The notes: generated by a model not told the origin, from the letters alone. Shown: positions 42,155 through 52,524, counted from the stretch's first letter. The stretch: DNA of 64,000 nucleotides from Myxococcota bacterium (GCA_036012755.1 DASCPX010000070.1:272837-336836); one strand, 5' to 3'. Made by a program: numbers and translations.

Positions 42155-43918
42155 GTGCTTGCACTGACGCTGATCCCCGTTGCGCTGGCCGAGCCGCTGT
42201 CTCCACTGCCGGCGGACACCCGCCTGCTCGAGGTCCAGCGTCACGAGGAGTTCGCGCGCTGGCACCTCGAGGTGCCCGAGCGGGACTTCTGGCTGGAGCT
42301 CACCGCCGACGATGGCGGAGAGCCCGTCTGCCGTGACGGTGGCTGGGCGCTCTGGGTGCGGTTGGACCTCGAGGACCACAGCGAGTCCTTCGACTGGGAG
42401 CCACTCCCCGCCGTAGTCGACCAGGCCTGTGCGGATCTCCCGGCTCTGGCCGAGCCGGCCGCAGAGGAGCCTGTCCTCCCCACCGCCGAGGGGGGCTGGC
42501 GGCCCCGGGCGCTCTCGCTGGTGTTCCTGGGCTGGTTCCTGGCGGCGCTCGTCGCGCTCCCGAGGACCCGCGAGGCGATCGGCGCCTTCGTCATGGCGCT
42601 GGGCGTGCGCGTGGCCCTGTCGCGGACCTCGCTCCTCCTCGGCGGAGACGCCGCATACGAGCGACTGCTCACGGCCCGGGGGCACTTCGACCCCGATCTC
42701 TACTACGGAGAGGGCTGGGCCGCGGTGATGGGTCCCCTCTCTTTTGCCTTCGGCGACCCCCCGGGCCTGGTCCACGGCATGAACGTCCTGTTCTCCGCGC
42801 TCGCCGTACCGCTCCTGGTGGCGCTGATGGCGAGCCTCGGAGCCACGCGAGCCGAGCGCTACGCCGCGGGGGTGCTCCTGGCTCTCAGTCCGCTGGCGAT
42901 CTCCCTCGCCGGGAGCGAGGTCCACTTCGTCCTCGTCGCCACCTTGCAGATAGGCGCCTTGCTCGGCGCGATGCGGAACGACCGGCTCGGCGAGGTCCTG
43001 GCGGTCTGCTCCATCGGGCTGCTCGTCCACACGCGCCCACTCCAGGGTGTGTTCGTCCTGGTACCGCTCTTCCTCCTCGCCAGGAACCGGCGGTGGCTCG
43101 GGTTGGGCCTGGCGCTGGCCTTGGTCGGCTGGCGCGTCCAGCAGCTCCTGAGTCTGCCAGGGGGTGTCGGAGGGGGTGTCATCGACTGGTCTCGCTACCT
43201 CGAGTTGGGTTTCCTGGTCCGGCTGATCGCACCCGGTGAGCGGGCCGTGGACCTCGCGTTGAACTGGAATGTCACGCCCTTCATGGTTCCGCTGCTCGCG
43301 GTGGCCGGGCTCTGGGCGACGCTGCGCCGAGAGCGCTGGACTGCTGCACTGGTGCCCGCCGTGGCTGGGCTTCTCGCCTTCCTTCCCTACGCGCCGAAGG
43401 AGTTCCCCTTCGCTGACCCGCTGCGCTTCCAGCTGCCGGTCCAGACCTGGTGGATCGCGCTGGCTGGTTTCGGGCTCGGGCTGGCCTGGACGTGGCGCCC
43501 GAGCCGCCTCCTCCCGATCCTCGCAGTGCTCGTGGCGAGCATCGTCGTCGCCCGCCAGCCCCACCCGCGCTGGGTCTGGGAGTCGGAGTACATCTTCCTG
43601 CGGCGAGAGGCCCACCGGCTCGGCGAGGACGCCCGGGTCTTCATGAACCCGGAGCAAGATCCCCACGGCCACATGCGGACCTTCCTCTCGCTCACCAGGC
43701 CGCCCACCTTCCTGTCCGGGCAGCCCGAGGCCGAGGACTACGTCTACCGGGGCACTGCGGACCGACACCCCGGAGCGACATGGCCCTTCGAGCGCTGTGT
43801 CGTCGAGCCCGTCGCCGTGGAGAACGTGCCGCCGGCGACCGACGGCTGGGTGGACCTCGGCCCCGATCTCGTCGAGCTCGGGCTCTACCGCGTCATCTCC
43901 TGCCCGAGCGCGGGCTGA
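42155..43918 (+). CDS. Polytopic membrane protein, GT-C glycosyltransferase-like
   Basis: Signal, periplasmic domain, ~10 TM; LALSPLAISLAGSE, HTRP. Confidence 0.6.
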   Translation: MLALTLIPVALAEPLSPLPADTRLLEVQRHEEFARWHLEVPERDFWLELTADDGGEPVCRDGGWALWVRLDLEDHSESFDWEPLPAVVDQACADLPALAEPAAEEPVLPTAEGGWRPRALSLVFLGWFLAALVALPRTREAIGAFVMALGVRVALSRTSLLLGGDAAYERLLTARGHFDPDLYYGEGWAAVMGPLSFAFGDPPGLVHGMNVLFSALAVPLLVALMASLGATRAERYAAGVLLALSPLAISLAGSEVHFVLVATLQIGALLGAMRNDRLGEVLAVCSIGLLVHTRPLQGVFVLVPLFLLARNRRWLGLGLALALVGWRVQQLLSLPGGVGGGVIDWSRYLELGFLVRLIAPGERAVDLALNWNVTPFMVPLLAVAGLWATLRRERWTAALVPAVAGLLAFLPYAPKEFPFADPLRFQLPVQTWWIALAGFGLGLAWTWRPSRLLPILAVLVASIVVARQPHPRWVWESEYIFLRREAHRLGEDARVFMNPEQDPHGHMRTFLSLTRPPTFLSGQPEAEDYVYRGTADRHPGATWPFERCVVEPVAVENVPPATDGWVDLGPDLVELGLYRVISCPSAG

Positions 43919-43921
43919 GGA

Positions 43922-44468
43922 CTACCACCTGCGGCTGACGACGAGGCTGCGGGGTCCGGCGGAGACGGCGAGAGTACGGTCCGTCGTGTGCAGGGTCGGG
44001 ACCAGCTATCCGATCGTCCCACCCAGCAAGGCGCCGGCGAGGACATCGGTGGGGTGGTGTACGCCGGCGCCGAGGGCGGTGTAGGGCCGAGGCCGGTCCA
44101 CCGCGAGCTTCAGCGAGGTCGTCGCGAACTGGTTCAGCGCGAAGGACTCGACCACCAGAAAAGCGCGGGTGTGGGCACCTTCGCGGTCCAGCGCCCCGTC
44201 TGCGATGGCGAGCCCCAAGCCCGCACCTATCGAGCCATAGAGCAGCACATCTGAGGTCGTGTCGAAGGAGGCGTCGTAGTGCGCCGCGACGAGAGCGTCC
44301 GGACCCGCAGGGCTTGCAACGGCGCCAGCCGGAGTGAGGCCGTCCTCGACGTTGGCGTACATGAGGAACCACACGCCGCCCGAACCCAGGGTGATGGGCA
44401 CATCGACCGCAGGATCCCAGCTGAAGGTGGGCTCGGAGGCCATGGCGATCGTCGTCAACCACATCATC
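43922..44468 (-). pseudogene. PAP2-family phosphatase, internally deleted with premature TAG
   Basis: LKLAVDRPRPY joined directly to GVHHPTDVLAG (PSGH motif absent); TAG at 44006 with frame continuing to 43922. Confidence 0.65.
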
Positions 44469-44531
44469 TGGGGCACCTGCGGCTTGTTGGTCGAGTCCGG
44501 TTATCGTGCGCCGGAAGAGCCTGGGAGCGCC

Positions 44532-44849
44532 GTGCTGCTGTCCGCCTTGCTCGCTTGTACCCCAGGGGGTGGCGAGTGCTCGACCCTCGAGCAGCCGGAC
44601 CGCGACTACTGCTACTCCGATCGCATCGAGAGCATGGGTCCGGAGGAGCTCGACGCGGTTCGAGAGGTGGTGCTTGCGATCGAGGATCCGCTCGTGCGAG
44701 AGGCCAGCGTGCTCGCCTGGCTCGGAGTGCATGCCGACTCGGTGCCGCTCGAGGAGGCGGAGTCGCTCTGCGCTGTCTCGGGCGGCGAGGACAGCTGGCT
44801 CTGCAAGCGTCGGCTCCACGCTGCCCACCTGAGGCGCGAGGAGCATTGA
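44532..44849 (+). CDS. Small Cys-rich lipoprotein
   Basis: VLLSALLAC; four further Cys; overlaps next start. Confidence 0.65.
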   Translation: MLLSALLACTPGGGECSTLEQPDRDYCYSDRIESMGPEELDAVREVVLAIEDPLVREASVLAWLGVHADSVPLEEAESLCAVSGGEDSWLCKRRLHAAHLRREEH

Positions 44850-45433
44850 TCGAGCTCCTGGTCGCCTGCGGTGCACAGTCAGAGGTCGTGGACCCTGCTG
44901 CGGCCGTGCGCGCCGCTGGGCCCTCGGAGTGCGCCCAATACGCTGGCAACGAGGCGACATGGTCCCTCTGCATCGCGGACGGTGCCCGCATCATCAGCGC
45001 GGTCGCGGAGGCGCGCACCCGCTGTGACCTGGCTGGCGTCTTCGACAAGGAGTGCGAGTCCTCGTGGATCGGCAGCGCGATGCGGCGGGGCACGCCCGTC
45101 GAGGACATCCTCGGCTTCTGCAGGGACGACGAGTGCAGGCTGCTGGTGCTCGACGCCTCGGGGCTCCCCTGGCCCGAGCGCCTGCCTATCTGCAGGGAAG
45201 CCGGCCGGTTTGCCGAGGACTGCGCCCGCCATGTCTTGCAGGACTGGAAGGAAGCCGAGCCCTCGCTGGAGGACGTCGAGGTGTTGATGGCGGTCGATCG
45301 TGGCTACCCGAAGTCCGTCGGGGACTGGAGCGAGCTCGCGCTCGTCCAGCTGGGCCTCGACTGTGACTCCGTGGTGGACACCGCGACGCCCGCCAACCTC
45401 GAGTCCTGCAGGATCGCCGCCAGGTCTCGCTGA
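44846..45433 (+). CDS. Cys-rich hypothetical lipoprotein
   Basis: TTG start overlapping upstream TGA; IELLVAC; ten further Cys in pairs. Confidence 0.65.
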   Translation: MIELLVACGAQSEVVDPAAAVRAAGPSECAQYAGNEATWSLCIADGARIISAVAEARTRCDLAGVFDKECESSWIGSAMRRGTPVEDILGFCRDDECRLLVLDASGLPWPERLPICREAGRFAEDCARHVLQDWKEAEPSLEDVEVLMAVDRGYPKSVGDWSELALVQLGLDCDSVVDTATPANLESCRIAARSR

Positions 45434-45435
45434 GA

Positions 45436-46029
45436 GTGGGATCGATGGCGATCGCGAGTGCCCCTGACGAACGGCTCCGCTTCTCTGATCTCTTCAACCT
45501 CGCTGGCGCCCTGACGCTCGCGCGCATTCCCCTGGCTGTCGTCACGGCCTTCACGATGCACGACCGTCGCTTGTTCGCGCTGGTCTTCACCCTGGCGATG
45601 CTCAGCGATGTCCTCGACGGCCCGGTCGCGCGGTGGAGGGGGACCTGCTCCCGGACCGGCGCCGTCGCTGATGGCTGGGCAGACAAGATCTTCCTGATCA
45701 ACTACGCGTGGTCGATGCAGATGCTCGGGCTCATCGAGCCCTGGCACATGGTCATGTGGTTCGTTCGCGAGATCATCCAGGGGGCCTTCGTGCCGCTGGT
45801 GGCCTTGCGGTACGCCTTCAAGACCGCCCCGAACCCCGAGCCGCATCCAGCGGGCCAGGCAGCCACGCTCTTGATCGGCATGGCGATCATCGCGGCGCTC
45901 GTCGAGGTGACGCCCGTGCGCGACGCCGCGACCATCGCGGCGCTGGGACTCGGGTCGGGGGTAGCCCTCCACTACTTCAGGCGCGATCGGCCATGGGAGC
46001 GCTGGGGGAGGGCGCCGGCTCCTCGCTGA
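45436..46029 (+). CDS. CDP-alcohol phosphatidyltransferase family protein
   Basis: LTLARI; DVLDGPVAR...GAVADGWAD signature. Confidence 0.92.
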   Translation: MGSMAIASAPDERLRFSDLFNLAGALTLARIPLAVVTAFTMHDRRLFALVFTLAMLSDVLDGPVARWRGTCSRTGAVADGWADKIFLINYAWSMQMLGLIEPWHMVMWFVREIIQGAFVPLVALRYAFKTAPNPEPHPAGQAATLLIGMAIIAALVEVTPVRDAATIAALGLGSGVALHYFRRDRPWERWGRAPAPR

Positions 46030-48071
46030 CCAGGCGGAAGCCGACGAAGCTGGAGCGGAAGTTGGGGTCCAGGCCCGAGCGGCTGGCCAGCCGCAGGTCG
46101 TCCTCGTCGGCGAGTGAGACACCCATCACGGGCCAGTGCGGGTCCCAGTCCTCGGGCAGGATCCACCGGCTGCCGTCGTGCTCCCAGTAGGGAAGGAGCT
46201 TCCCATGCAGCCCGGCCTCGCCAGGAACGAGACTCCGAGCCTCATCGAGGGGGAGGTCGTCGAGGAACTCGCGCCAGGCGGCGGAGGTCACGGGGGTCTC
46301 CTGCACGAAGCGATCGCCCAGGGTGGGCTCACAGGACTCCAGGGCGCCCCGGGCGAGTGGGTCACCGCTGACGACGAAGCTGCGGAGCGGGCCTCGTCCC
46401 CCCACTCGCCAGCCGAGCATGCGAGCGACGGGATCCCCGCCCATGTGGAAGGGGCTCGCTGGCATGTGGACGAAGCCGTCGCCGACCTGCTCGGGTCTGA
46501 AGAGGCGCACCTCTCCCCTGTGGTGCTGCTGCCGGCGCAGGGCCAGCGAGTAGCGGACGGTCGTGTAGCCCTCGGCGCCCACCTCGATCAGCCAGGGGCC
46601 CGGCTCGAGCTCCAGGCGGGTCAGGGGCATCTCGAGCGAGTGGACCTCGACGGGGACCAGTCGCCGCTGCCGCAGCTCGAAGCGGTGCAGGCGGGCCAGG
46701 GCGGGGACCTGACAGCTGAGACTGAGGCGTCCACCGCCCTCGAGCAGGCGCGCGTCCCGGGCCTGCTCCCCCCGATCCGGCCTGGCGATCTTCACCGCGA
46801 CGTCCCGCTCCAACAGCGGGTCCCGCGCCCTGAAGACCCAGCCCATCGAGCCCCTCCCGAGGACGCTCAGCGGCTCCAGCCCCAGCGCTGCCGGGAAGGG
46901 GGGTGACTCGGTGCCCTCCCACCGGGCCAGCAAGCGGTAGAGCCACTGGCGGCTCACCCCGAGGGCCTTCGCGCTGCGGAAGTGCTCCGGGAGCAGCACC
47001 GAGCTGCGGCGGCCGAGCGCTCGCCGAGGGCCTTGTCCAGCAGGTGCTCGGCGAGGGCGGGCACGTCTTGGCTTCGGGCCCGCAGGGGAGGCACGTTGAG
47101 CACGCAGGCGGCGAGTCGGTAGTAGAGGTCGTCGCGGAAGGTCTCCCGGTCCTCTTCCAGCGGCTGGTGGGTCGCGGCGACGACGCGGGCGCGAACGCGA
47201 CGCTCTCGGTCTTCCCCGACGCGGTTGTAGGTGCCCTCCTGCAGCAGGCGGAGGAGCTTGAGCTGGGCGCGGGGGCTGAGCTCGCCCACCTCGTCGAGGA
47301 AGAGCGTTCCGCCGGCCGCGCGGGCGACGAGGCCGTCCCTCGGACGGTCCGCGCCGGTGAAGGCGCCCTTGACATGGCCAAACAGCGTGCTCTCCGCGAG
47401 CTCGTCGGGGATCGCTCCGCAGTTCAGGGCGACGAAGGCGCCGTCGGCGTTGTCACTCAGGGAGTGGAGGGCCCGCGCGACGGCTTCCTTGCCCGTGCCC
47501 GTCTCGCCGAGGACCAGCGCAGGCCAAGGCATGCCGGCGAATGCATGCACCGCTTCGTAGAGCTCCACCATCGCTGGCGCGGAGCCGACCAGCCCGGGCA
47601 CCTCCAGCCCTTGGGGCGCCTTGTCGCCTGTCCTAGTGTCCACTTTCAGTACCAGCGCGGCGAGACTGCAGAGCGCTGTCAACTTTGCGCGACAGTCGAG
47701 GGGGAAGCGGCCCGGCTCGCGGGGGTCGTGGAGGTAGAGGACTCCTTGCTCACCGAGGGGAAGGCAGCCGATCGACCGGAGCCCGTAGGCCTGCACCGAC
47801 TCGGCCTCCGTGAAGCGGGCGTCGGCCAGGGCGTCGTCGCTCCAGGCGGGCCGCCCCTCTTCGATGACCTGGCCCACCATGGTCTTCGAGATCTCCGCCG
47901 GCGCCGGGATGTTGCCGCCGTCGCCAACAGGGCGGGCAGTCGCTCCTGGGCCCATGAGAGCGCACCGCCGGCTCGCGCCAGGCGCGTGAAGGCGCTGGCG
48001 AGTTCGTCGGCGGCCCTGGGGTCGAGGGCCCGGACGCGTTCCAGCGCGGCGGGGAGGGCTGTTGTGGACAT
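45977..48071 (-). pseudogene. Fragmented GAF + sigma54 activator + HTH + Ser/Thr kinase start + FGE-sulfatase-like fusion
   Basis: GETGTGKE, GAFTGA, FRDDLYYRL; ALGVSRQWLYRL in frame with LGRGSMGWVFRARD...VAVK, then FHMGGD, PVT, WPVMGVS, VGFRL; frameshifts ~47920 and ~47000. Confidence 0.7.
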
Positions 48072-48102
48072 CCTCGGATCCTGTCCAGCCGCGTCTTCGT
48101 TG

Positions 48103-49470
48103 TCAGCTCTCCGCGACACCCGGACGGAGGAAGCGTGCCACTGCCTCGACGTGTCCCGTCTGGGGGAAGAGGTCGACGATCCAGAGCGCCACCATGACCC
48201 AGCCGCCCGCTTCGAGCAGCTCGCGATCCCGCGCCAGCGACCCTGGCTTGCACGCGATGTAGACGAGCGATGACACCGGCGCCGCGGCCAGCCACTTCGC
48301 TGCCTTCGGATGCAGCCCGGCGCGGGGGGGGTCCACGACGACGATGTCGTCTCCACGAAGCCTCGGGAGGACATCTTCGACGCGCCCACAGTGGTACTCG
48401 ACGGTCCTTCCGTTTCGAGCGGCGTTTGCTCGGGCGTCCTCGACGGCGCCGGGGTCCAGCTCCACCCCCACGACCTCGTCGAAGCGGGGCGCGAGGTAGA
48501 GCCCGATGGCACCGGTTCCGCAGTACAGGTCCCAGAGGCGGGGACCGCTGCCCGCTGCTTCGGCGATGACGTCGTAGAGCCTGGCGGCCGCCGGAGTGTT
48601 GGTCTGGAAGAAGGAGGTCGCCGAGAGCTGGTAGCGCACCTCTCCCAGCTGCTCCGTGATCGTGCCGTCCCCGCTGATCACCGAGCGCAGCTCACCGATC
48701 GCCGCATCGGCGACCCCGGCGTTGACGTACCAGGAGAGCGTCGCGTCGAGGCGCAGGGTCATCAGGTCGGGCAGCGCGTCGCCCTCGTTGGTGTAGATGG
48801 CCACAAGGCGCTCGCCGAGGGTGGTCTCACGCAAGACGGCGTGCTTCCAGAAGCCGGTGTGGGCCCGCGCGTCCCAGGGGGGCAGCTCAGAGGACTCGAG
48901 CATGACCCGCAGGGCGTGGATGATGTCGTTGAGGCCCTCTGGGACCAGCTCGCAGCGCTCTGCGTCGACCACCCGGTCGAAGCGGCCCGGGGCGTGGAAG
49001 CCGAGGAAGCTGCCCTCGATCGGCTCTCCAGCGGCGTGGTCCTCTTCGGAGAGGTAGCGTCGGACGCCGAAGCTGAGCTCCACCTTGTTGCGGTAGCCGT
49101 AGGCTGCGGGAGCGCCGATCACGGGGTGGACCTCGACTCCTTCCAAGGGAGCGAGGATCCGCCTGACCATGCGCTCCTTCGCAGCGCGCTGGGCTGTGAG
49201 GCTCAGCTCCTGGAGCGCGCAGCCGCCGCAGAGGCCGAAGACCGCGCACCTCGGCTCGACATGGTCGGGTGGGGGCTCGACGAGCCGCACCCTCCGCCCA
49301 TGGATCGTGCCCCTCTTCTTCTTGAAGGGACGCACGTGCACGACGGCGCCCGGAGGAGCTCCGCGAACCAGGACGGGCTGGCCCTCGTGCTCACCCCGTC
49401 CGCAGGAGTTCGGTTCGAGCTCGGTGATCTTCAGGTCGAAGGGCTCGATGCGCCGACGGCGACGTGACAA
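48103..49470 (-). CDS. rlmD: 23S rRNA (uracil-C5)-methyltransferase
   Basis: TRAM-like N-terminus, CAVFGLCGGC, YRNK, SFFQTN, DLYCGTG, DPPRAG, YIAC, DLFPQTGHVE. Confidence 0.93.
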   Translation of the reverse strand: MSRRRRRIEPFDLKITELEPNSCGRGEHEGQPVLVRGAPPGAVVHVRPFKKKRGTIHGRRVRLVEPPPDHVEPRCAVFGLCGGCALQELSLTAQRAAKERMVRRILAPLEGVEVHPVIGAPAAYGYRNKVELSFGVRRYLSEEDHAAGEPIEGSFLGFHAPGRFDRVVDAERCELVPEGLNDIIHALRVMLESSELPPWDARAHTGFWKHAVLRETTLGERLVAIYTNEGDALPDLMTLRLDATLSWYVNAGVADAAIGELRSVISGDGTITEQLGEVRYQLSATSFFQTNTPAAARLYDVIAEAAGSGPRLWDLYCGTGAIGLYLAPRFDEVVGVELDPGAVEDARANAARNGRTVEYHCGRVEDVLPRLRGDDIVVVDPPRAGLHPKAAKWLAAAPVSSLVYIACKPGSLARDRELLEAGGWVMVALWIVDLFPQTGHVEAVARFLRPGVAES

Positions 49471-49473
49471 CGG

Positions 49474-50088
49474 CTACTGCGGGGTGCCGTGAATGCTCAC
49501 GACCAGGATCATGGCGTCCTGGTTCTTCAGCGCTCCAAAGCCGGCCGAGTAGGGCTCCATCCCGAACTGCGTGGCCTTGATCTTCGTGCTGCCCTTGGCC
49601 GAGAAGTTCACCGAGTCGGCCTTGACGGTCATCGGCAGCGAGATCGAGGTCGTGGTCCCGTGGATGGTCATGTCGCCCGTCACGTTCGTGCGGGTCTCGC
49701 CGAACTCGCAGCCGGTGAGCTTCCAGGTGATGTTCGGGTGCTCGTCCGCCTCGAGGGCCTTGTCACCGAGCATCTCCTCCCTGATGTCCTCGCGCTCGCC
49801 CTCGCGCGGGAAGGTGTCGTAGCCCAGCCGCTCCCGCACGCTCTTCTCGTCGACCTCGAGCTTGGCGACCTCCAGGCTGATGTCCATGGCGCAGGCGCTG
49901 CTGTCCTCTGGGTCCCAGGTCGCGGTCCCCGACCAGCCCACCGCCTTGACGACGTGGTCGTGGGCCAGGGCCTGGGCGATGGTGGTGGGGTCCTTGTAGA
50001 CCTGCACATACAGCGTGCCCTTGAGGTCGTAGGTGACGGGCTCGGCCTCCGCGGTGCCGATCAGCAGGGGGAACAATGCGAGGGTCAT
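49474..50088 (-). CDS. YceI family protein
   Basis: AHDHVV, LEADEHPNITW, GDMTIHGTT, TQFGMEPY. Confidence 0.85.
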   Translation of the reverse strand: MTLALFPLLIGTAEAEPVTYDLKGTLYVQVYKDPTTIAQALAHDHVVKAVGWSGTATWDPEDSSACAMDISLEVAKLEVDEKSVRERLGYDTFPREGEREDIREEMLGDKALEADEHPNITWKLTGCEFGETRTNVTGDMTIHGTTTSISLPMTVKADSVNFSAKGSTKIKATQFGMEPYSAGFGALKNQDAMILVVSIHGTPQ

Positions 50089-50142
50089 GAGAGGGTCTCT
50101 TCGGGTGCGACACCGGGACCCTACTCCCTCTTCCGAGAGATG

Positions 50143-50772
50143 TCAGTGCAGCGCGATGTCGATGCGGTAGGTGTAGCCGTCCCCCGGCTTGGCGCCGACG
50201 ACGTCGATGCCGAAGCGAGACAGGCGCCCGACGACCCGTCGCTCCAACACCTCCGGGCAGTCCACGGCGCGCACCTCGGTGGGCATGCCGCGGGAGTCCA
50301 CCTGGAAGTCGAGCACACAGCGCAGCTCGTCGCTGCCTTGGTCTGCCAGCAGCCGCCTGCCCTGTCGACCAGCCCGCGGCGGTGTCGGCCAGCGGGGAAC
50401 GGCGGTCGGGGGGAGTCGGACGAGCACCTGGTGCTCCTCGATGGCCAGGTCTGTCAGCACAGTGCCGGCGACGAAGACGAACTCCACCTCGAAGGTGCCC
50501 TCGACCGCCCGCTCCTCGACCTGGGGCGGGTGGAACTGCCAGCTGCGAACCGCCTCGCGAGCTGTGGCCCGCAGCTCGGGACGGCACTCGTCGGCGGCGG
50601 CGTCGAGGACCTCGCCGTATGCGTCGACCAGCGCCGTGACGTGGCAGGCGTAGCGCTCCCCCGGGCTGGACTCGAGCAGCACGATGGCCTCGATGTCCGG
50701 GACCGGGTCAGGTGTGCGGAAGGGCACGACCTCCGGCTCGACGGCGAGGGCGAGGGCGACCAGGGTGATCAT
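50143..50772 (-). CDS. Secreted protein with TonB C-terminal-like domains
   Basis: VDAYGEV...AREAVRSWQFHP; second VDSRGMP repeat; ATGA overlap. Confidence 0.6.
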   Translation of the reverse strand: MITLVALALAVEPEVVPFRTPDPVPDIEAIVLLESSPGERYACHVTALVDAYGEVLDAAADECRPELRATAREAVRSWQFHPPQVEERAVEGTFEVEFVFVAGTVLTDLAIEEHQVLVRLPPTAVPRWPTPPRAGRQGRRLLADQGSDELRCVLDFQVDSRGMPTEVRAVDCPEVLERRVVGRLSRFGIDVVGAKPGDGYTYRIDIALH

Positions 50773-51311
50773 GAGCAGCACGCTCCCAGCTCGTAGCCGC
50801 ATCTCTGGGCGAGCACCGAGAGCCGCATGAGACCCTCGACTGCACCCCGGCGGTTGCGCACCCCGAGCCTGCTCGGAAGGAAACCGAGCACGACGTGGCG
50901 GGCATCGCGCCCTCCTACCGCCAGCCGGTCGGCGACGGCCATGACCGGTCCGGGGCCCTCGTCGTAGCGTCCCCGGTGGCCGAAGGCGATGTACTCGCGG
51001 AGCGCGAGCCGGTAGGGCTCGACGGTCTGCAGCGCATCATCTCGCGAGGCGCCGCCGTCCTCGATGGCCTGCACGAAGCCGATCCATGCCAACAGGTAGA
51101 GCTCCATGAAGAGCTCTTCGGTCGGAACTCCCAGCTGGTCCACGAAGTCTCCTCCGAGCCCGGAGAGATCCTCCTCGACCAGCGTCCTCAGCGCCTCAGC
51201 CGCGCCCGCCGGGTCACCTGTCTCCGCGACACTCCGGGCGAGGCGCGCGGCCGTCTCCTCGTCGACGACGATCTCCGGCAGGGGCGACTTGAAGTAGTCG
51301 AAGAAGCTCAC
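50769..51311 (-). CDS. Hypothetical protein
   Basis: GTG start, host-like codon usage, coupled to the downstream gene. Confidence 0.6.
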   Translation of the reverse strand: MSFFDYFKSPLPEIVVDEETAARLARSVAETGDPAGAAEALRTLVEEDLSGLGGDFVDQLGVPTEELFMELYLLAWIGFVQAIEDGGASRDDALQTVEPYRLALREYIAFGHRGRYDEGPGPVMAVADRLAVGGRDARHVVLGFLPSRLGVRNRRGAVEGLMRLSVLAQRCGYELGACCS

Positions 51312-51324
51312 CGCTTGGGTCCTT

Positions 51325-52290
51325 TCAGGGCTGTGTGAGCTCGCATAGCCAGGTGGCGAAGGTGTCCGTGGCAACGAAGGCCTGCACGCGCTCCAGGAGC
51401 AGCTCCTCCAGTGACTCGCGCCAGGTGTCCTCGAGGCCGGAGCCGGCGAGGAACTCGCGCGCCGTGAGACCCTGCCCCTCCTCCACGGTGAGCTCGAGCA
51501 TCCCGCGGACCTGGTCCGGGAAGGCCTCTGAGTGGGCGAAGGCCCGCAGGGTCGCGGCCAGATCGTCGATGAGCTGGTCGAGGTCGAGCTTGTCGATCTC
51601 GCCGGCCCAGGTCTCGACCGGGAAGCCGAGGAGCACGTCCACCGAGTCGGCGCGCATGTCAGCCCAGGCCTGGGTGTTGGCGGGATCACAGGCGTGCTCC
51701 ACGGCGATCTCGATGGCCCGGCTGATCGCGCCGTCGACGTAGGTCTGGACGCGGTCCTCCATGCGCTTCTCGACCTCGCTCCCGACGATCTCCGCGGCTG
51801 CCTTCGCGGCGCCGGCCCACTGAGCGAGGCGGGTTCGACCGATCCCCGTCGACTTGATGACCCGGCTGGCCTGGTCGGGCACCTTGATCGACTTTGCGTA
51901 CTCCGTGAGCGTGTCGGTGAGCATCTCCCTCACCATCGCCCGGGTCGCCCGGTGGTCGAGCAGCGCGCGCATGACCTGCTCGTTGGGCTCGTAGGGCCGC
52001 CTCAGCAGATCACGAACGGGGTCGACCAGCCCTCCATCCACCCGGTAGATCAGCGGACCGCTCTGTTCGTCGAGGCGCGCCCGGGCCGCTTGCACTCGGC
52101 TGCGGATCCAGCCCTTCGTCCGGTCGTCGTCCACGCTGGCCCGAAAGCCCTCGACCAGCCGCGCGGACAGCCAGCCCGGATCGACGAGGTCTTCGACCGG
52201 CCGATCGAGCAGATCGTCGACGACCAGCGTCACGAGTCGTTGGAGATGCTCGGGCTCCTCTCGGAGCCTGGCCAGCAGCGCGTCGCTCAT
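51325..52290 (-). CDS. Hypothetical alpha-helical protein
   Basis: MSDALLARLREE...; host-like codon usage. Confidence 0.75.
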   Translation of the reverse strand: MSDALLARLREEPEHLQRLVTLVVDDLLDRPVEDLVDPGWLSARLVEGFRASVDDDRTKGWIRSRVQAARARLDEQSGPLIYRVDGGLVDPVRDLLRRPYEPNEQVMRALLDHRATRAMVREMLTDTLTEYAKSIKVPDQASRVIKSTGIGRTRLAQWAGAAKAAAEIVGSEVEKRMEDRVQTYVDGAISRAIEIAVEHACDPANTQAWADMRADSVDVLLGFPVETWAGEIDKLDLDQLIDDLAATLRAFAHSEAFPDQVRGMLELTVEEGQGLTAREFLAGSGLEDTWRESLEELLLERVQAFVATDTFATWLCELTQP

Positions 52291-52314
52291 GTCGCAGTGA
52301 TAGGCCAAAACGCG

Positions 52315-52524
52315 ATGTTCGACCAGATCCGAGCGCCCCGACGAGGCCCCGGTCTCAACCGAGCGGTCCTCTTCGCGGCCGTGGTGTTGATGCTCCTGAG
52401 CGTCGTGGTCATCGGCTTCGGCAGCTTCTGGGTGCTGGCCAGCCTCGGCCTCACCATCGGTCCCTCCGGGGAGCCCGTCGAGGTCTGGTACGACCCCTAC
52501 GAGGACGGCACGGAGCCGCCTTAG
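52315..52524 (+). CDS. Small membrane protein
   Basis: MFDQIRAP..., one long hydrophobic segment; fills gap between convergent genes. Confidence 0.55.
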   Translation: MFDQIRAPRRGPGLNRAVLFAAVVLMLLSVVVIGFGSFWVLASLGLTIGPSGEPVEVWYDPYEDGTEPP

